Of a stretch of 64,000 nucleotides of DNA, positions 1 through 10,210 are shown one piece after another (the stretch's first letter is position 1; every line of letters starts with the position of its first letter). The position numbers were made by a program, and so were the translations under genes. This DNA is from an uncultured Acidobacteriota bacterium. GTDB taxonomy: Bacteria; Acidobacteriota; Thermoanaerobaculia; UBA5066. The notes under the pieces are model-generated. The model made no database searches. It saw nothing but the letters and a program-made list of their open reading frames with translations, and was not told where the DNA came from. The stretch lies in contig CAVZYA010000001.1 of assembly GCA_963779415.1 (NCBI GenBank), positions 1,216,001 to 1,280,000 on the forward strand, read 5' to 3'.

Positions 1-200
1 GCCTTCGCGTCCGTTCCGGCGAGCTCGTACGACGTCCGGTCGACGCCGGGCATCGACGGGACCGGCTGGCGGACCCGTTCGCCTGGCACGACGAAAAGAG
101 GGGCGATGAAATCCGAAGGCTCGAGGCTCGTCTCGCGGACCATCTCGCGAAGGGAATCGGTGAGACGGAGGCGGCGATAGCGGTGTGTCGGAAAGCTCAT
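1..200 (-). CDS. hemB: Porphobilinogen synthase (ALA dehydratase), 5' part; runs off window edge
   Basis: Manual translation from ATG at 200: [53 protein letters not shown], the typical HemB N-terminus; downstream of hemA-C-D. Confidence 0.92.
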   Translation of the reverse strand, partial: MSFPTHRYRRLRLTDSLREMVRETSLEPSDFIAPLFVVPGERVRQPVPSMPGVDRTSYELAGTDAK

Positions 201-1008
201 GGTCTTCCTGCAAGCTCCTTCCGGAGAAGATCGATCAGGTCCGCGAAGCGCGCCCGCGCGGGAACGGCCGGAGGCGGAAGGCCGCGGGCCGAGACGGCGC
301 GGGCCGTCTCCGGCCCGAGTACGCCCCATCTTACCGGGGAAGAATCGCGCTCGCCGGGCTTCCCAGCGCCTGAAGGAATCCGTCGAGGGCGGCCAGCGAG
401 CCGATTGCCACCGCTCCGAACCCGCCGGATGAAAACGACGAGAGGATCTCGCGCTCGCCGGAAGAGAACGACGAGAGCGGACGGACCTGCTTCTCGTAGA
501 CGACGGGAGCAAAGACGATGGCACCGAGAGAGGAAAGCTCCTCCAAGGGTCCCAGGTCGGCGTCCGAGCCGCGCGGCCAGAGAATGCGCAGACCGGAGAG
601 ACCGCCCGGGGAGTTTCTTAGAAGGTGAAGAACGCCGGCCGCTCCCGGCGTCGCAGGAACCACGACGTTTCGCACCCCCGAGCGCTGTAGCTCGCGCGCG
701 GTCTCCTCCCCCACGGCAATGACCTCTTTGAATTTCCTCTCGAAGAAATCGGTGCTCCTTGCGGCTGCGACTTCCCTCCCCGAGGCGGACGGCCCCGAGC
801 CGAGCGGTCTTCCTCCCCCTATGAGCATTTCGACGGTCACCTTCGACGAGACGACGAGTCGCGCGCCGCGCGGGTCGAAGGCGAGGGCCTCGACGACGCC
901 GGACGGGACGGGGACGATCTCGTGCGTCACGAGGAGGGCGACGTCGGGGCCGGCCGCTTCCGCCCGAAGGTCGGCCCCGCCCGAGCGGAGGACGAGGATC
1001 CGGCGCAT
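197..1008 (-). CDS. hemD: Uroporphyrinogen-III synthase, interrupted by a 1-nt frameshift near 336-339
   Basis: ORF 331..1008 has HemD-like motifs ([21 protein letters not shown]); adding one base in the G4 run restores [17 protein letters not shown]...RP* whose TGA overlaps the hemB ATG. Confidence 0.8.
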
Positions 1009-1018
1009 CCGCGGCGGG

Positions 1019-2002
1019 TCAGAGCCCCGCGGCGCGCGAGGCGTCGATCAGGCGGGCGGCGCCGCGCGCGAGGAGGCGCTCCGCGAGAGCCCGGCCGAGT
1101 GAAGATTTCCTGGAAGGGGAAGAGGTGGAAGACAGCAGCGCCGGCTCGTGGAGCTCGTCTTCGAGGCATTCTCGCCCGTCGAGCGAGAGAACACGTCCAA
1201 CGAGCTTCAGCGTTCGGCTCCCCTCCTCACCTTCGAAGGATCCCCGTGCGCCGACAGGCGCCCGACATCCCCCTCTCAGAAAATGAAGGAGATCACGTTC
1301 CGCTTCCGCTGCGGTTCGCGTGGCGAAATCGTCCAGGGTCGCGAGGGCCGCTCGGGTCTTCGCGTCGTCCGACCGGCAGCCGATTCCGAGCGCGCCCTGC
1401 GCGGGGGCGCCGAGCATTTCGTCGGGCTCGAGGCGGCGCGCGATGACGTGCGCGCGTCCCAGCCGATCAAGCCCGGCCGAGGCGAGGATGAGCGCGTCGG
1501 CGTCCCCTTCCTCGAGGCGCCGGAGGCGCGTGTCGACGTTTCCCGCCATCGCGACGGCTTTCAGGTCGGGACGTACGCGGAGAAGTTGCGACACGCGGCG
1601 CGGCGAGGAGGTCGCTACCTTCGCGTTTTTCGGGAGCGCCAGAACGGCCGCTACCCCCGCGTGGCGCGAGGCGACGACGAGGGCGTCCCTCGGGTCCGCC
1701 CGCTTCGGTACCGCCGCGAGGACGAGCCCCGGGCTTTCCGCCGTCGGGACGTCCTTGAGCGAGTGGACGGCGAAGTCGATCTCGAAGCGAAGGAGCGCGT
1801 CGTCGAGGGCTCGGACGAAGACCCCCGCGGCGTCGCCTCCGGGCGGGGCCTTTCCCTCCGTCGAGAGCTGGTCCCCGGTCGTCTTCACGAGGACCGTCTC
1901 GACCCGGAGTCCGGTCGCACGGGTGAGCGCCTCGGCGAAGGCTCCCGACTGGGCTCGCGCGAGGGCGCTTCCGCGCGTCCCCATCCGGAGAGCCGCCGTC
2001 AC
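1019..2002 (-). CDS. hemC: Hydroxymethylbilane synthase (porphobilinogen deaminase)
   Basis: GTRGSALARAQ, AVHSLKDVPT, TSSPRR, GNVDTRL, GGCRAPVG; GTG start overlaps hemA stop. Confidence 0.95.
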   Translation of the reverse strand: MTAALRMGTRGSALARAQSGAFAEALTRATGLRVETVLVKTTGDQLSTEGKAPPGGDAAGVFVRALDDALLRFEIDFAVHSLKDVPTAESPGLVLAAVPKRADPRDALVVASRHAGVAAVLALPKNAKVATSSPRRVSQLLRVRPDLKAVAMAGNVDTRLRRLEEGDADALILASAGLDRLGRAHVIARRLEPDEMLGAPAQGALGIGCRSDDAKTRAALATLDDFATRTAAEAERDLLHFLRGGCRAPVGARGSFEGEEGSRTLKLVGRVLSLDGRECLEDELHEPALLSSTSSPSRKSSLGRALAERLLARGAARLIDASRAAGL

Positions 2003-3273
2003 TTCTTTTCCTCCCGGTCGAGCCGGAAGAGGACGCGGATCGCCTCGGCTCTCTCGAGCCGCTCCGACGCGTTCCCTTCCTTCAGGCCGACGGTCGGGTT
2101 GTGGAGGATCTTCGCGACGATGGAATCGGTCAGCCGGTCGACGACCTTTTCCGCGTCGGGGCCGAGCGCGGCGATCTTCGCCCGATAGGCCTCGAGCTCC
2201 TGCTGCCGGATCCCCTCCACCCGGCCCCGGAGCGCCTTGACGAGGTCGACGTGCAGAAGACCCCCGTACCAGTCGCGAAAACGCGTCACGGACTCCTCGA
2301 CGATCGCCTCGGCCTTCGGGATCTCGGCCCGCCGGGCCGCCGTGTTCCCGGCAGCCACCTCGTTCAGGGCGTCGACGTCGTACCGGTAGACGTCCGCGAG
2401 CGAATCGACGCCCGTCTCCACGTCGCGGGGGACCGCGAGATCGAGGATCAGGAGCGGGCCGCGGCGACGGGCCCGCTGGCGCGCCTCGCCGAGCCCCGCC
2501 GCCGTGATGACGGGCTCGGGGGCGCCGGTCGCCGCGATGATCAGGTCCGCATCGCCCGCCGCCGTCACCCGCTGCTCCCACGGGACCGTCCGCCCCGACA
2601 CGTGCGCGGCGAGGGCCGCCGCGCGCTCCGGCGAACGGTTGCAGACCCGGATGTCGGTCGCGCCGTTCTCCACGAGCAGATCGGCCGTCAGCTCGGCGGT
2701 CTCGCCGGCGCCGAGAACGAGGACGCGGCGGCCCGAAAGCTCGTCGAAGACGCGCCCGACGAGGAGGAGCGCGATGCCGGGAACGGAGGTCGGCCGGGTC
2801 CCGAGCGCCGTCTCGGTCCGGACGCGCTTGCCGCACTCGAGAGCCGACTGGAAGAGCCGGTTCGTCACGGCACGCGCCGCCCCCGCCTCCGTTGCGAGCC
2901 GGTAGGCGTCGCGGAGCTGGCCGAGGATCTGCGCCTCGCCGAGGACCATCGAGTCGAGGCCGGCCGCCACGCGGAAGAGATGCCGCGCCGTCTCGTCTCC
3001 CCGCCCCGAGTGCGCCGTCTGCTTCAGGACGATCGCGTCGACGTGGTGAAAGCCCGAGAGAAACGCCGCCACGGCCTCCTCGCCGTCCTCGCGCTCGGTC
3101 AGGCCGTAGATCTCGGAACGGTTGCAGGTGGCGACGATCGCCCCCTCCGTCAGGATCCGCTCGGAGAAGAGCTGCTTCATCGCCTCGCGCGCCGTCTCCG
3201 GAGTGAAGGCGATCCGCTCGCGTACCTCGAGCGGCGTGGCCCGGTGATTCCACCCCACGAAGACCAGATTCAT
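1999..3273 (-). CDS. hemA: Glutamyl-tRNA reductase
   Basis: TCNRSEIY, GLDSMVLGEAQILGQ, GAGETA, DLAVPRDV motifs. Confidence 0.97.
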   Translation of the reverse strand: MNLVFVGWNHRATPLEVRERIAFTPETAREAMKQLFSERILTEGAIVATCNRSEIYGLTEREDGEEAVAAFLSGFHHVDAIVLKQTAHSGRGDETARHLFRVAAGLDSMVLGEAQILGQLRDAYRLATEAGAARAVTNRLFQSALECGKRVRTETALGTRPTSVPGIALLLVGRVFDELSGRRVLVLGAGETAELTADLLVENGATDIRVCNRSPERAAALAAHVSGRTVPWEQRVTAAGDADLIIAATGAPEPVITAAGLGEARQRARRRGPLLILDLAVPRDVETGVDSLADVYRYDVDALNEVAAGNTAARRAEIPKAEAIVEESVTRFRDWYGGLLHVDLVKALRGRVEGIRQQELEAYRAKIAALGPDAEKVVDRLTDSIVAKILHNPTVGLKEGNASERLERAEAIRVLFRLDREEKK

Positions 3274-3292
3274 CGAGGTGCGCGCCTCTCCA

Positions 3293-4150
3293 TCATGTGA
3301 AGGAGTGGAGGCGGGTGACCAGGAGGTTCACCGCCGTGTAGGAGAGGAGGATCAGGAGGAAGCCGGCCACGCAGAGCCGGGCCGTCGTGACGGGCGCCGC
3401 GCCGCGTCCGGCGCGGACGAGGATGACGACGTAGAAGAGAAGGGTCGCGACCGCGACCCAGACCTTCGGGTCGAGCCCCCACCTCAGGTTCTGCGCTCCC
3501 CAGATCCGGGAGGCCCAGATGAAGCCGCAGGTGAGCCCGACGAGAAGCGTCGCGCAGCCGACCGCGAGGGAGGTCCGGGTGGCCCGCTCGAGGTAGCCGA
3601 GGGTCGGGAGGCGCGACGTCGGCCCGGCAAGGGCCTTTCCGCGGTGCTTGAGGGCGCGCCCCGCGGCGAGGTAGAGAAGCGACAGGGCACAGGCCACCGC
3701 GAACGCGGCGTACGACAGCATGTTGAGCGTCACGTGAAGGGCGAAGATCGAGCCCCGGAACTCGGGGGAGGGGGCTCGCGGCGTCGACGTCTCGAAGAGG
3801 GCGATGAGCATGAAGACGAGCGCCGCCGGCATCAGGAACGGCCCGAGAGACCGGTCACGGTGACGCAATTCGAGAATGACGTTCAGCGCCGCGAGGAAGA
3901 AGCCGAAGAGCTTCATCGAGCCGAGGAGATCCCGGTACGGGACGGTGCCGAGGACCACGGAAAAAGCGTAGAGGGCCGCGAAGTTCAGGACGGCCCCGAG
4001 GGCGGCCGCGGCGGTCGCGCCGCGACCCGCCGCTTTCGACGGCCGATAGAGGTTGAGGAGATAGAGAATTGTCGCGAGGATGTAGAGCGCGAGGGCTCCT
4101 CCGCCGAGGAGGGGGGCAATCTGCGCGGAGAAGGAAGTCGGACCCGTCAC
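3293..4150 (-). CDS. ccsA: Cytochrome c biogenesis CcsA-family membrane protein
   Basis: Multi-TM; LHVTLNMLSYAAF, GFIWA...WGLDPK, terminal LHSF; upstream of hemA. Confidence 0.85.
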   Translation of the reverse strand: MTGPTSFSAQIAPLLGGGALALYILATILYLLNLYRPSKAAGRGATAAAALGAVLNFAALYAFSVVLGTVPYRDLLGSMKLFGFFLAALNVILELRHRDRSLGPFLMPAALVFMLIALFETSTPRAPSPEFRGSIFALHVTLNMLSYAAFAVACALSLLYLAAGRALKHRGKALAGPTSRLPTLGYLERATRTSLAVGCATLLVGLTCGFIWASRIWGAQNLRWGLDPKVWVAVATLLFYVVILVRAGRGAAPVTTARLCVAGFLLILLSYTAVNLLVTRLHSFT

Positions 4151-4216
4151 GGGGCGCGATTATAGGGATGGCGGGACGGCTGAAGTCCGGGCCGTCTCCT
4201 GATAACCTCCCGCGCG
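4151..4216. promoter_or_regulatory. Compact divergent promoter region of the two heme operons
   Basis: TATAAT on minus strand (4164-4159) 8 nt before ccsA GTG; TAACCT (4203-4208) 8 nt before hemE GTG. Confidence 0.6.
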
Positions 4217-5260
4217 GTGGGGGTCGACTCCCGGAATCTCCCGTCGCGGAGACGGTTCGTCGACGCGGCCTTCGGCCGTGCCGCCGAGAGGCCGCCCGTC
4301 TGGCTGATGCGTCAGGCGGGACGCTACCTCCCCGAGTACCGCGAGATCCGAAAGCGCCTCAAGTTCCTCGAGCTCTGCGAGGACGTCCCGTCCGCCATCG
4401 AGGTGACGCTCCAGCCCTTCCGGCGCTTCGGAATGGACGGGATCGTCGTCTTCTCGGACATTTTGATTCCGCTCCCGCCGATGGGGATCGAGATCCGGCT
4501 CGACGACGAAGGCCCGCAGATCCCCCGTCCGGTCCGGACGGCCGAGGACGTGGCGAGGCTCCGGAGCTTCGATCCGGAGGAGAAGACGAGTTTCGTCCTG
4601 GAGATCCTTCGCGGGCTGAAGCGCGAAATCCACGACGAGGCGGCGGTGATCGGCTTCTGCGGCGCTCCCTGGACGCTCGCGACCTACGCGATCGAAGGGG
4701 GGTCTTCGAGGTCGTTCGCCGCCGTCAAGACGTTGATGCACCGCGAACCGGACGTCCTCGAGGCGCTCCTCGGAAAGCTCGCGGATGCCTGCGGCGACTA
4801 TCTCGCCGCGCAGATCGGGGCCGGGGCCGACGTGGTCCAGATATTCGACACGTGGGCGGGCGAGCTCGCGCGCGCCGACTACGACCGGTTCGCGCGTCCG
4901 GCCACCGAGCGCCTCATCGCGAAGCTCCCGCGCCGCGGAGAGGTCCCCGTCGTCCTCTTCGCCTCCGGCTCCTGCCACCTCGTCGACTCCTTCGCGACGA
5001 TGCCCGTCGACGTCGTCTCGGTCGACTGGAAACTCCCGCTCGACGAGGCCCGCCGCCGCGCTCCCGGGAAGGCGCTCCAGGGAAACGTCGATCCCGGCGT
5101 CCTTCTCGGCACACCCGAGGGGGTCACGGCGGCGGCTTTCGCCGCACGAACGGCCGCCGGGCCGACCGGCCACATCCTCAACCTCGGCCACGGCATCCTG
5201 CCGGCCACGCCCCCCGAGAACGTGGCGGCCTTCGTCGCGGCGGCGAGGCAGCCGTTGTGA
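4217..5260 (+). CDS. hemE: Uroporphyrinogen decarboxylase
   Basis: PVWLMRQAGRYLPEY, FSDIL, GFCGAPWTLATY, NLGHGI. Confidence 0.97.
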   Translation: MGVDSRNLPSRRRFVDAAFGRAAERPPVWLMRQAGRYLPEYREIRKRLKFLELCEDVPSAIEVTLQPFRRFGMDGIVVFSDILIPLPPMGIEIRLDDEGPQIPRPVRTAEDVARLRSFDPEEKTSFVLEILRGLKREIHDEAAVIGFCGAPWTLATYAIEGGSSRSFAAVKTLMHREPDVLEALLGKLADACGDYLAAQIGAGADVVQIFDTWAGELARADYDRFARPATERLIAKLPRRGEVPVVLFASGSCHLVDSFATMPVDVVSVDWKLPLDEARRRAPGKALQGNVDPGVLLGTPEGVTAAAFAARTAAGPTGHILNLGHGILPATPPENVAAFVAAARQPL

Positions 5261-6687
5261 CGGCCATCCCGATCCGTCTGCGGGGCGAGACGATCCCGAT
5301 GACGACGGAACTCCTCGAAAAGTACAACGTCCAGGGTCCCCGGTACACGTCGTACCCGACGGCGCCCGAGTGGAACGACGGCGTCCGCGCCGCCGACTAC
5401 GAGGCGGCCTGCGTCCGGGCGAACGCCGCCGGGCGGCCGGTCTCGCTCTACGTCCACCTCCCCTTCTGCGACGAGCAGTGCTGGTTCTGCGGCTGCTTCA
5501 TGAAGGTCGTCCCGAAGCCCGACCGGAAGGGAGAGGGGCGCGAGGAGATCGAGGGATACCTCGGCGACCTCCACCGCGAGATCGACCACCTCGCGACGAA
5601 GATCGGCCGCGGACGGAGGATCGAGCAGGTGCACTGGGGAGGGGGGACGCCGACCTACCTGACCCCGGCACAGGCCGACCAGCTCGCCGCGCACCTTCTC
5701 GAGACGTTCCGGCCGGCGGCCGACGCCGAGGTTTCGGTCGAGATCGACCCGCGCGTGACGACTCCCGAGCACCTCGAGGTGCTCCGCAGGCGAGGCTTCA
5801 ACCGGGTGTCGATGGGGGTCCAGGACTTCGATCCCGAGGTTCAGGAGCTGGTGAACCGGGTCCAGCCCTTCGACCTGACGAAGGGGCTCGTCGACGCCGC
5901 CCGGTCGCTCGGCTACCAGTCGGTCAACCTCGACATGATCTACGGCCTCCCGGGGCAGCGCCGCGCCGGCTTCGAGGAGAGCGTCGAGCAGGTCATCACG
6001 CTCGCGCCCGACCGCGTCGCGATGTACTCGTACGCCCATGTCCCGTGGCTCAAGAAGCCGCAGCGCGTCCTCGCGGCCCACCTTCCCGAGGGGACGGAGA
6101 AGTTCGCGATCTTCGTCTCGGGGATCGAGCGCTTCGTCTCGGCGGGCTACGTCTTCATCGGGATGGATCACTTCGCCCTCCCGCACGACGAGATCGTGAA
6201 GGCGCAGAACGAGCGGACGCTCCACCGCAACTTCCAGGGGTACACGACACGCGCCGGATGCGACCTCTACGGGCTCGGCATTTCGTCCATCGGCTCGGTC
6301 GACGACACGTACGTCCAGAACACGAAGGACTACCCTGCGTATCACGCGGCGGCGTCCGAGGGGCGCTTCTCGACGATCCGCGGACACCGGCTGACGGCCG
6401 ACGACGTCCTCCGGCGCGAGGTGATCACCCGGCTTCTCTGTCACTGCGTCGTGAAGAAACGGGAGATCGAGCGGGAGTTCGGCCTCGCGTCCTTCGACGC
6501 GACCTTCGCCTCGGCCGCGGCGAAGCTCCCGGAATTCGTCGCGGACGGCATGGTCGTGGAGACCGCCGACGAGATCCGCGTCACCGCGATGGGTCGGATC
6601 TTCATCCGGAACGTCGCGATGCTCTTCGACGCCTACCTCGAGAGGAAGGCCGACGACGCCCCGAGGATTTTCTCGAGGACACTGTAA
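5257..6687 (+). CDS. hemN: Oxygen-independent coproporphyrinogen III oxidase (radical SAM)
   Basis: GPRYTSYPTA, LYVHLPFCDEQCWFCGC, GGGTPT, RNFQGY; GTG overlaps hemE stop (alternative ATG about 14 codons later). Confidence 0.95.
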   Translation: MTAIPIRLRGETIPMTTELLEKYNVQGPRYTSYPTAPEWNDGVRAADYEAACVRANAAGRPVSLYVHLPFCDEQCWFCGCFMKVVPKPDRKGEGREEIEGYLGDLHREIDHLATKIGRGRRIEQVHWGGGTPTYLTPAQADQLAAHLLETFRPAADAEVSVEIDPRVTTPEHLEVLRRRGFNRVSMGVQDFDPEVQELVNRVQPFDLTKGLVDAARSLGYQSVNLDMIYGLPGQRRAGFEESVEQVITLAPDRVAMYSYAHVPWLKKPQRVLAAHLPEGTEKFAIFVSGIERFVSAGYVFIGMDHFALPHDEIVKAQNERTLHRNFQGYTTRAGCDLYGLGISSIGSVDDTYVQNTKDYPAYHAAASEGRFSTIRGHRLTADDVLRREVITRLLCHCVVKKREIEREFGLASFDATFASAAAKLPEFVADGMVVETADEIRVTAMGRIFIRNVAMLFDAYLERKADDAPRIFSRTL

Positions 6688-6691
6688 GTCG

Positions 6692-7672
6692 ATGGCGGAG
6701 CGGGAAGGCGTCCTCCTCGTCCAGCTCGGCGGGCCGGAGAAACGCGAAGAGCTGCGCCCGTTTCTCTACGAGCTTTTCGCCGACCCCGAGATCATCGGCC
6801 TTCCATCGCCTCTCCGGCAGATCGTCGCCTTCCTCGTCGCGACGCTCCGCGCGCCGAAGTCCGCTCCGACGTACGAGCGGATCGGCTGGTCTCCCATCCG
6901 GCGCTGGTCGCGGATCCAGGCCGGGCTCCTCGAAAAGGCGCTCGTTGCCGGCGGGACGCCGGCCCTCGTCCGCGTCGGGATGACCTGCTCGGCACCGACC
7001 GTCGAGGAGGCGCTCGCCGAGCTGAGGCAGGCCGGAGTGACCCGCCTCGTCGTCCTCCCGCTCTATCCGCAGTACTCCGTCACGACGACGCGAAGCTCCT
7101 TCGACCGCGTGACGCGCTCTCTCTCACGGATGGGGTGGAGCCCCGAGCGGCTCGACGCCCCCGAAGCCTGGTACGACGAGCCGCATTTCGTCTCCGCCCA
7201 CGCGGACCGGATCCGGACGGCGCTCGCTTCGCTCCCCGACCCGGACCCCGCGGCCACCGTCCTGCTCTACTCCGCCCACTCGCTGCCGGTCGCGACGGTC
7301 GAGAAGAAGAAGGACCCCTATCCGCGGCAGATCGACGAAACCGTGAAGGCGATCGACGCGGCGCTCGGACGCCGCATCCGCAGCGTCCTCGGCTTTCAGT
7401 CCCGGGTCGGGCCGATGGCGTGGCTCTCGCCGTCGACGGACGAGGTTCTCCGCCGGCTGGCTGCGGAGGGGGTGAGACAGGTCGCTGTCGTCCCCGTCGC
7501 CTTCGTCTCCGACCACGTGGAGACGCTTTACGAGTGCCGCATCCTCTACGGAGCGGCGGCCGCGAGGCTCGGAATCCCGCACTACGTCGTCACCGAGGGG
7601 CTGAACGACCATCCGGAATTCATCCGGTCGCTCGCGTCCACGGTCTCGGCCAGACTCCGGCCGCTCGCATGA
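6692..7672 (+). CDS. hemH: Ferrochelatase
   Basis: LGGP, LYPQYS, SAHSLP, FQSRVGP, FVSDHVETLYE. Confidence 0.95.
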   Translation: MAEREGVLLVQLGGPEKREELRPFLYELFADPEIIGLPSPLRQIVAFLVATLRAPKSAPTYERIGWSPIRRWSRIQAGLLEKALVAGGTPALVRVGMTCSAPTVEEALAELRQAGVTRLVVLPLYPQYSVTTTRSSFDRVTRSLSRMGWSPERLDAPEAWYDEPHFVSAHADRIRTALASLPDPDPAATVLLYSAHSLPVATVEKKKDPYPRQIDETVKAIDAALGRRIRSVLGFQSRVGPMAWLSPSTDEVLRRLAAEGVRQVAVVPVAFVSDHVETLYECRILYGAAAARLGIPHYVVTEGLNDHPEFIRSLASTVSARLRPLA

Positions 7673-9069
7673 CGCGGAAGGTCGTGATCGTCGGCGGCGG
7701 TCTCGCCGGACTCGTCTCCGCCTACCGGCGGCGCTCGCCTGGCGAGACCGTCCTCCTCGAAGCCGAGGGGCGTCTCGGGGGCTCCGTCCGGACGATCCGC
7801 GAGGAGGGATTCGTCCTCGAAGCCGGGCCGAACACGCTTCGGACGTCGGAGGCCGCTGACCGCCTGATCGCGGACCTCGGCCTTCAGAACGACCTCGTCC
7901 TCGCCGACCCCGCGGCGCCGCGCTGGATCGTCCGGGGAGGAAAGCCGCGCGCCATCGTCCCCGGGCCGAAAGGGCTCTTCACGCGGGCGCTCTCGACGCG
8001 TGGAAAGCTCCGCCTTCTCGGCGACCTCCGCGTCCCGCGGCGCGAATCATCCCGCGAGGACGAGAGCGTCCACGATTTCTTCGTCCGCCGCTTCGGAGAG
8101 GACGCCGCCACTTACGGAGCCGGACCGATGGTCTCCGGGGTCTACGCCGGCGATCCGCGCACCCTCTCGGTCCGGAGCGCCTTTCCGCACCTCTGGGAGG
8201 CCGAGGGGCGGTCCGGCTCGGTCATCCGCGACTTCTTCGGGGGCGGCGGCTCCTTCAGGCGGAATCCCGACGGCTCGAAGGTCCCGCGGCACCGGGCACG
8301 CACGGTCAACTTCACGCGGGGGCTCTTCCAGATGGTCGAGGCGCTCGCCATGGCGCTCGCCGACCGGGGCGTCCGGATCGAGACGCACTCAGGCGTGACG
8401 GCGCTCGAAGGGCCGCACCCGGGCGCTCCCGGCGGGCGCTGGACCGTCCGGACCGGAGACGGCCGCGCGGTCGACGCCGACGTCGTCGTCCTCACGCTCG
8501 AGCCGGCCGCGACGGCGAGGCTCCTCGGAGAGCGGCTCCGGCGATCACGCGATCCGGTGGCCAGCCTCCCCGTCTCACCGGTGGCGACGATCCTCTTCGC
8601 GTTCCGCCCCGCGACCCCCGAAGACGCGCCGAAGGGATTCGGCGTCCTCGTGCCGCGCGTCGAGGGAATCCGCTCTCTCGGGGTTCTCTACCCCGCCTCG
8701 CTCTTCTCGGGCCGCGCGCCGCGGGGCGTCGCCCTGACGACCTCCTTCCTCGGCGGCGCCCTCGACACCGGGATCGCGGCGGCAGATGACGCGACGCTTT
8801 CCGATCTCGCCCTCTCCGAGGTCCGTCGCCTACACTCGGGGCTTTCGCGCTGCGTTCCGGAGCGGACATGGATCACCCGCTGGCCGAAGGCGATCCCTCA
8901 GCTCCCGCTCGGCCATTTCCGGACGATGGCCGCCCTCGAGGCCGACCTCGCGGAGATCGACGAGGCCGCGGGCGAGCCGGGGACGCTCGTCCTGACGGGG
9001 GGCTGGAGAGACGGCATCGCCCTCGGCGCGCGGATCGACCGCGGCGAGGCGATCGGGCAGGACCTCTGA
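7669..9069 (+). CDS. hemY: Protoporphyrinogen/coproporphyrinogen oxidase, HemY type (FAD)
   Basis: IVGGGLAGL, EAGPNT, SGVYAGDP, GFGVLVP, AIPQ; ATG overlaps hemH stop. Confidence 0.9.
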   Translation: MTRKVVIVGGGLAGLVSAYRRRSPGETVLLEAEGRLGGSVRTIREEGFVLEAGPNTLRTSEAADRLIADLGLQNDLVLADPAAPRWIVRGGKPRAIVPGPKGLFTRALSTRGKLRLLGDLRVPRRESSREDESVHDFFVRRFGEDAATYGAGPMVSGVYAGDPRTLSVRSAFPHLWEAEGRSGSVIRDFFGGGGSFRRNPDGSKVPRHRARTVNFTRGLFQMVEALAMALADRGVRIETHSGVTALEGPHPGAPGGRWTVRTGDGRAVDADVVVLTLEPAATARLLGERLRRSRDPVASLPVSPVATILFAFRPATPEDAPKGFGVLVPRVEGIRSLGVLYPASLFSGRAPRGVALTTSFLGGALDTGIAAADDATLSDLALSEVRRLHSGLSRCVPERTWITRWPKAIPQLPLGHFRTMAALEADLAEIDEAAGEPGTLVLTGGWRDGIALGARIDRGEAIGQDL

Positions 9070-9081
9070 GGCCGGAAGGCC

Positions 9082-10209
9082 CTACGCGGCCACGGCCGAC
9101 CGGACGGCGGCGATCACCTCGTCCACCTGAGCGTCGGTCATCGCGGGCCAGAGCGGGATCGTGATGGTCGAGTCGCCGATCCGCTCGGCGTTCGGGAACA
9201 TCCCCCGCTTGAAGCCGAACCGTTCCGAGTAGTACTTCGTCAAGTGGACGGCGCGGTAGTTGACGGCGACTCCTACGCCTCGGGCCTGGATTCCCGCGAG
9301 AATCGCGTCCCGCCGCCCGGGGTCGACCCAGATGGTGAAGAGGTGCCGCGCGGAGACCGCCCCTTCGGGGACGGACGGAAACGAGACGCCCGGGGTCTCG
9401 CGCAGCGCCCCCTCGTATCGGCGGCAGATCGCCTCGCGCCGCGCGAGCCGCCCGGCGAGCTTCGGGAGCTGCGGCAGGAGCATCGCGGCGGCGACGTCGG
9501 AGAGGTTGTACTTGTACCCCAGCCGCTCCATGTCCCAGTGCTGGTACTTCCCCGCGTACCGCTCCGCCGCGTTTCGCGACATGCCGTGGCTCGAGAGCTG
9601 GCGGAGAAGCTCCTTCTTCGCCCCGTCGCGCGCGGAGATCGCGCCCCCTTCGCCGCACGTCAGGTTCTTCGTCGCGTAGAAGCTGAAGCAGCCGTAGTCG
9701 GCGAGCTGGCCGGGGCCGTGCCCGTCCCGCCGCCCTTCGATGCAATGCGCGGCATCCTCGACGAGGACGAGGCCGTGCCGGTCCGCGATCGCCCGGAGGG
9801 CGGGCAGCTCCGCGAGGAGCCCGTAGAGGTCGACCGCGACGATCGCCTTCGTCCGCGGCGTGATGGCCGATTCGACAGCCGCGGGATCGATGTTCGCCGT
9901 CGCGGGATCCACGTCGACGAAGACGGGAGTCCCGCCCGCGTAGAGGATGCAGTTCGCCGAGGAGAGAAAGGTCACCGGTGTCGTGATGACCTCGTCGCCC
10001 TCTCCGACTCCGGCCGAAAGCATCGCGACGTGGAGCGCCGCCGTCGCATGCGCCGTGCAGACGACGGCCGGGACGCCGAGGTACGCCGAAAACGCGGCCT
10101 CGAACTCGTAGACGCGCCGGCCCGTCGTCAGAAAGAGCGAGTCGAGGACCTCGGTGACGGCCTTCTTCTCGTCCTCTCCGAGCGCGTGGCGGTAGAAATC
10201 GACGGCCAC
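9082..10209 (-). CDS. DegT/DnrJ/EryC1/StrS (ArnB-like) PLP sugar aminotransferase
   Basis: EDAAH, FSFYATKNLTCGEGG, GYKYNLSD; GTG start at 10209 just after upstream stop. Confidence 0.92.
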   Translation of the reverse strand: MAVDFYRHALGEDEKKAVTEVLDSLFLTTGRRVYEFEAAFSAYLGVPAVVCTAHATAALHVAMLSAGVGEGDEVITTPVTFLSSANCILYAGGTPVFVDVDPATANIDPAAVESAITPRTKAIVAVDLYGLLAELPALRAIADRHGLVLVEDAAHCIEGRRDGHGPGQLADYGCFSFYATKNLTCGEGGAISARDGAKKELLRQLSSHGMSRNAAERYAGKYQHWDMERLGYKYNLSDVAAAMLLPQLPKLAGRLARREAICRRYEGALRETPGVSFPSVPEGAVSARHLFTIWVDPGRRDAILAGIQARGVGVAVNYRAVHLTKYYSERFGFKRGMFPNAERIGDSTITIPLWPAMTDAQVDEVIAAVRSAVAA

Positions 10210-10210
10210 G

